In this document: positions 63,457-64,000 of the stretch, piece after piece
How positions within the stretch are numbered: position 1 is the first letter of the stretch
Layout: each line of letters begins with the position of its first letter
Source of the DNA: Candidatus Gottesmanbacteria bacterium
GTDB taxonomy: Bacteria > Patescibacteriota > Microgenomatia > UBA10105 > UBA927
Length of the DNA stretch: 64,000 bases
Direction: 5' to 3'
Assembly: GCA_963790805.1 (NCBI GenBank)
Contig: CAWBPL010000002.1
Location: forward strand, 448,696 to 512,695
The notes under the pieces: model-generated
Told to the model about the DNA's origin: nothing
Database searches by the model: none
The model's input: the letters and a program-made list of their open reading frames with translations, nothing else
Program-made: the position numbers and the translations under genes

Positions 63457-64000
63457 ATGGCGACAAACGTACTTGAGGTTTCCGGACTCACAAAACAATT
63501 CGGAACATTTCTGGCGGTTAATGACATATCCTTTTCAGTAGGTGAAGGGGAGATTGTGGGTTTGTTGGGGCCAAATGGTGCCGGTAAAACAACGACTATT
63601 CAAATGCTCTTGAGCCTCATGCTTCCGACATCAGGTGCTATTACCTATTTTGGTAAATCGCTTTTTACCGATCGGGAGGAAATCCTTCAGAGAGTAAACT
63701 CGTCAAGCGGGTATGCACATCTGCCATGGCGACTTTCCGCATGGGAAAATCTTGACGTTTATGGGCATTTATATCAAGTGCCCGACCGGCGTAAAAAAAT
63801 ACACGATCTTGCGAGACGTTTTGAGGCGGAAGAATTATTGCCCTTTCTGGTGCAGGATTTATCTTCCGGTCAGATGACGCGTATCATGCTTGTTAAGGCG
63901 TTTTTGAATGATCCCGACGTGCTATTGTTGGATGAACCGACCGCATCGCTGGACCCTGACATCGCGGAGAGCATACGAAGCTATATTTTGGGTGAACGGA
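63457..64000 (+). CDS. ABC transporter ATP-binding protein (C-terminus beyond window)
   Basis: Manual translation MATNVLEVSGLTKQFGTFLAVNDISFSVGEGEIVGLLGPNGAGKTTT (Walker A), LSSGQ signature, LLLDEP Walker B. Open to the window end. Confidence 0.85.
   Translation, partial: MATNVLEVSGLTKQFGTFLAVNDISFSVGEGEIVGLLGPNGAGKTTTIQMLLSLMLPTSGAITYFGKSLFTDREEILQRVNSSSGYAHLPWRLSAWENLDVYGHLYQVPDRRKKIHDLARRFEAEELLPFLVQDLSSGQMTRIMLVKAFLNDPDVLLLDEPTASLDPDIAESIRSYILGER

Overview
The gene content suggests a small-genome, CPR/Patescibacteria-like bacterium; this is inferred, not computed. Evidence includes a DUF4012 protein, a free-standing four-helix-bundle protein, a short ValRS, a stand-alone 5'-3' exonuclease and many Pro/Cys-rich surface proteins. 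Genes are tightly packed with frequent ATGA start/stop overlaps. TGA is used as a stop codon.

Core regions (1-34.9 kb and 47.8-64 kb):
- Envelope and glycan genes: ABC-2 permease, PLP enzyme, methyltransferase, aminotransferase, sugar transferase, O-antigen ligase, flippase and glycosyltransferases.
- The conserved rpmH-rnpA-yidD-yidC-jag cluster.
- Housekeeping genes: rplY, nth, nadE, cyclophilin, epmA-efp, valS, a Xer-like recombinase, ftsH and a two-component system.

Accessory region (about 35.1-47.8 kb), which I read as an integrated mobile element:
- It begins at a promoter-driven, non-canonical CAT-anticodon tRNA-like gene. The 3' end of a large serine recombinase gene overlaps that tRNA-like gene.
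- It carries a minus-strand integration/replication-like module and a plus-strand module of membrane or secreted proteins.
- It ends in an array of single-gene cassettes, each followed by a copy of a conserved direct repeat (GTTCTAACTTCTTGTAACCCCCGCAAC).

Other notable items:
- A T-box leader, then an unfoldable tRNA-like element, precede a three-domain TrpRS (YbaK-like editing domain + TrpRS + Trbp111-like domain).
- An orphan four-gene operon encodes an amino-acid dehydrogenase, a PaaK-like adenylating enzyme, a ThiF/E1-like protein and an Acg-nitroreductase::alpha/beta-hydrolase fusion.

All functional calls rest on motif recognition by eye. No database search, RNA folding or composition calculation was run.
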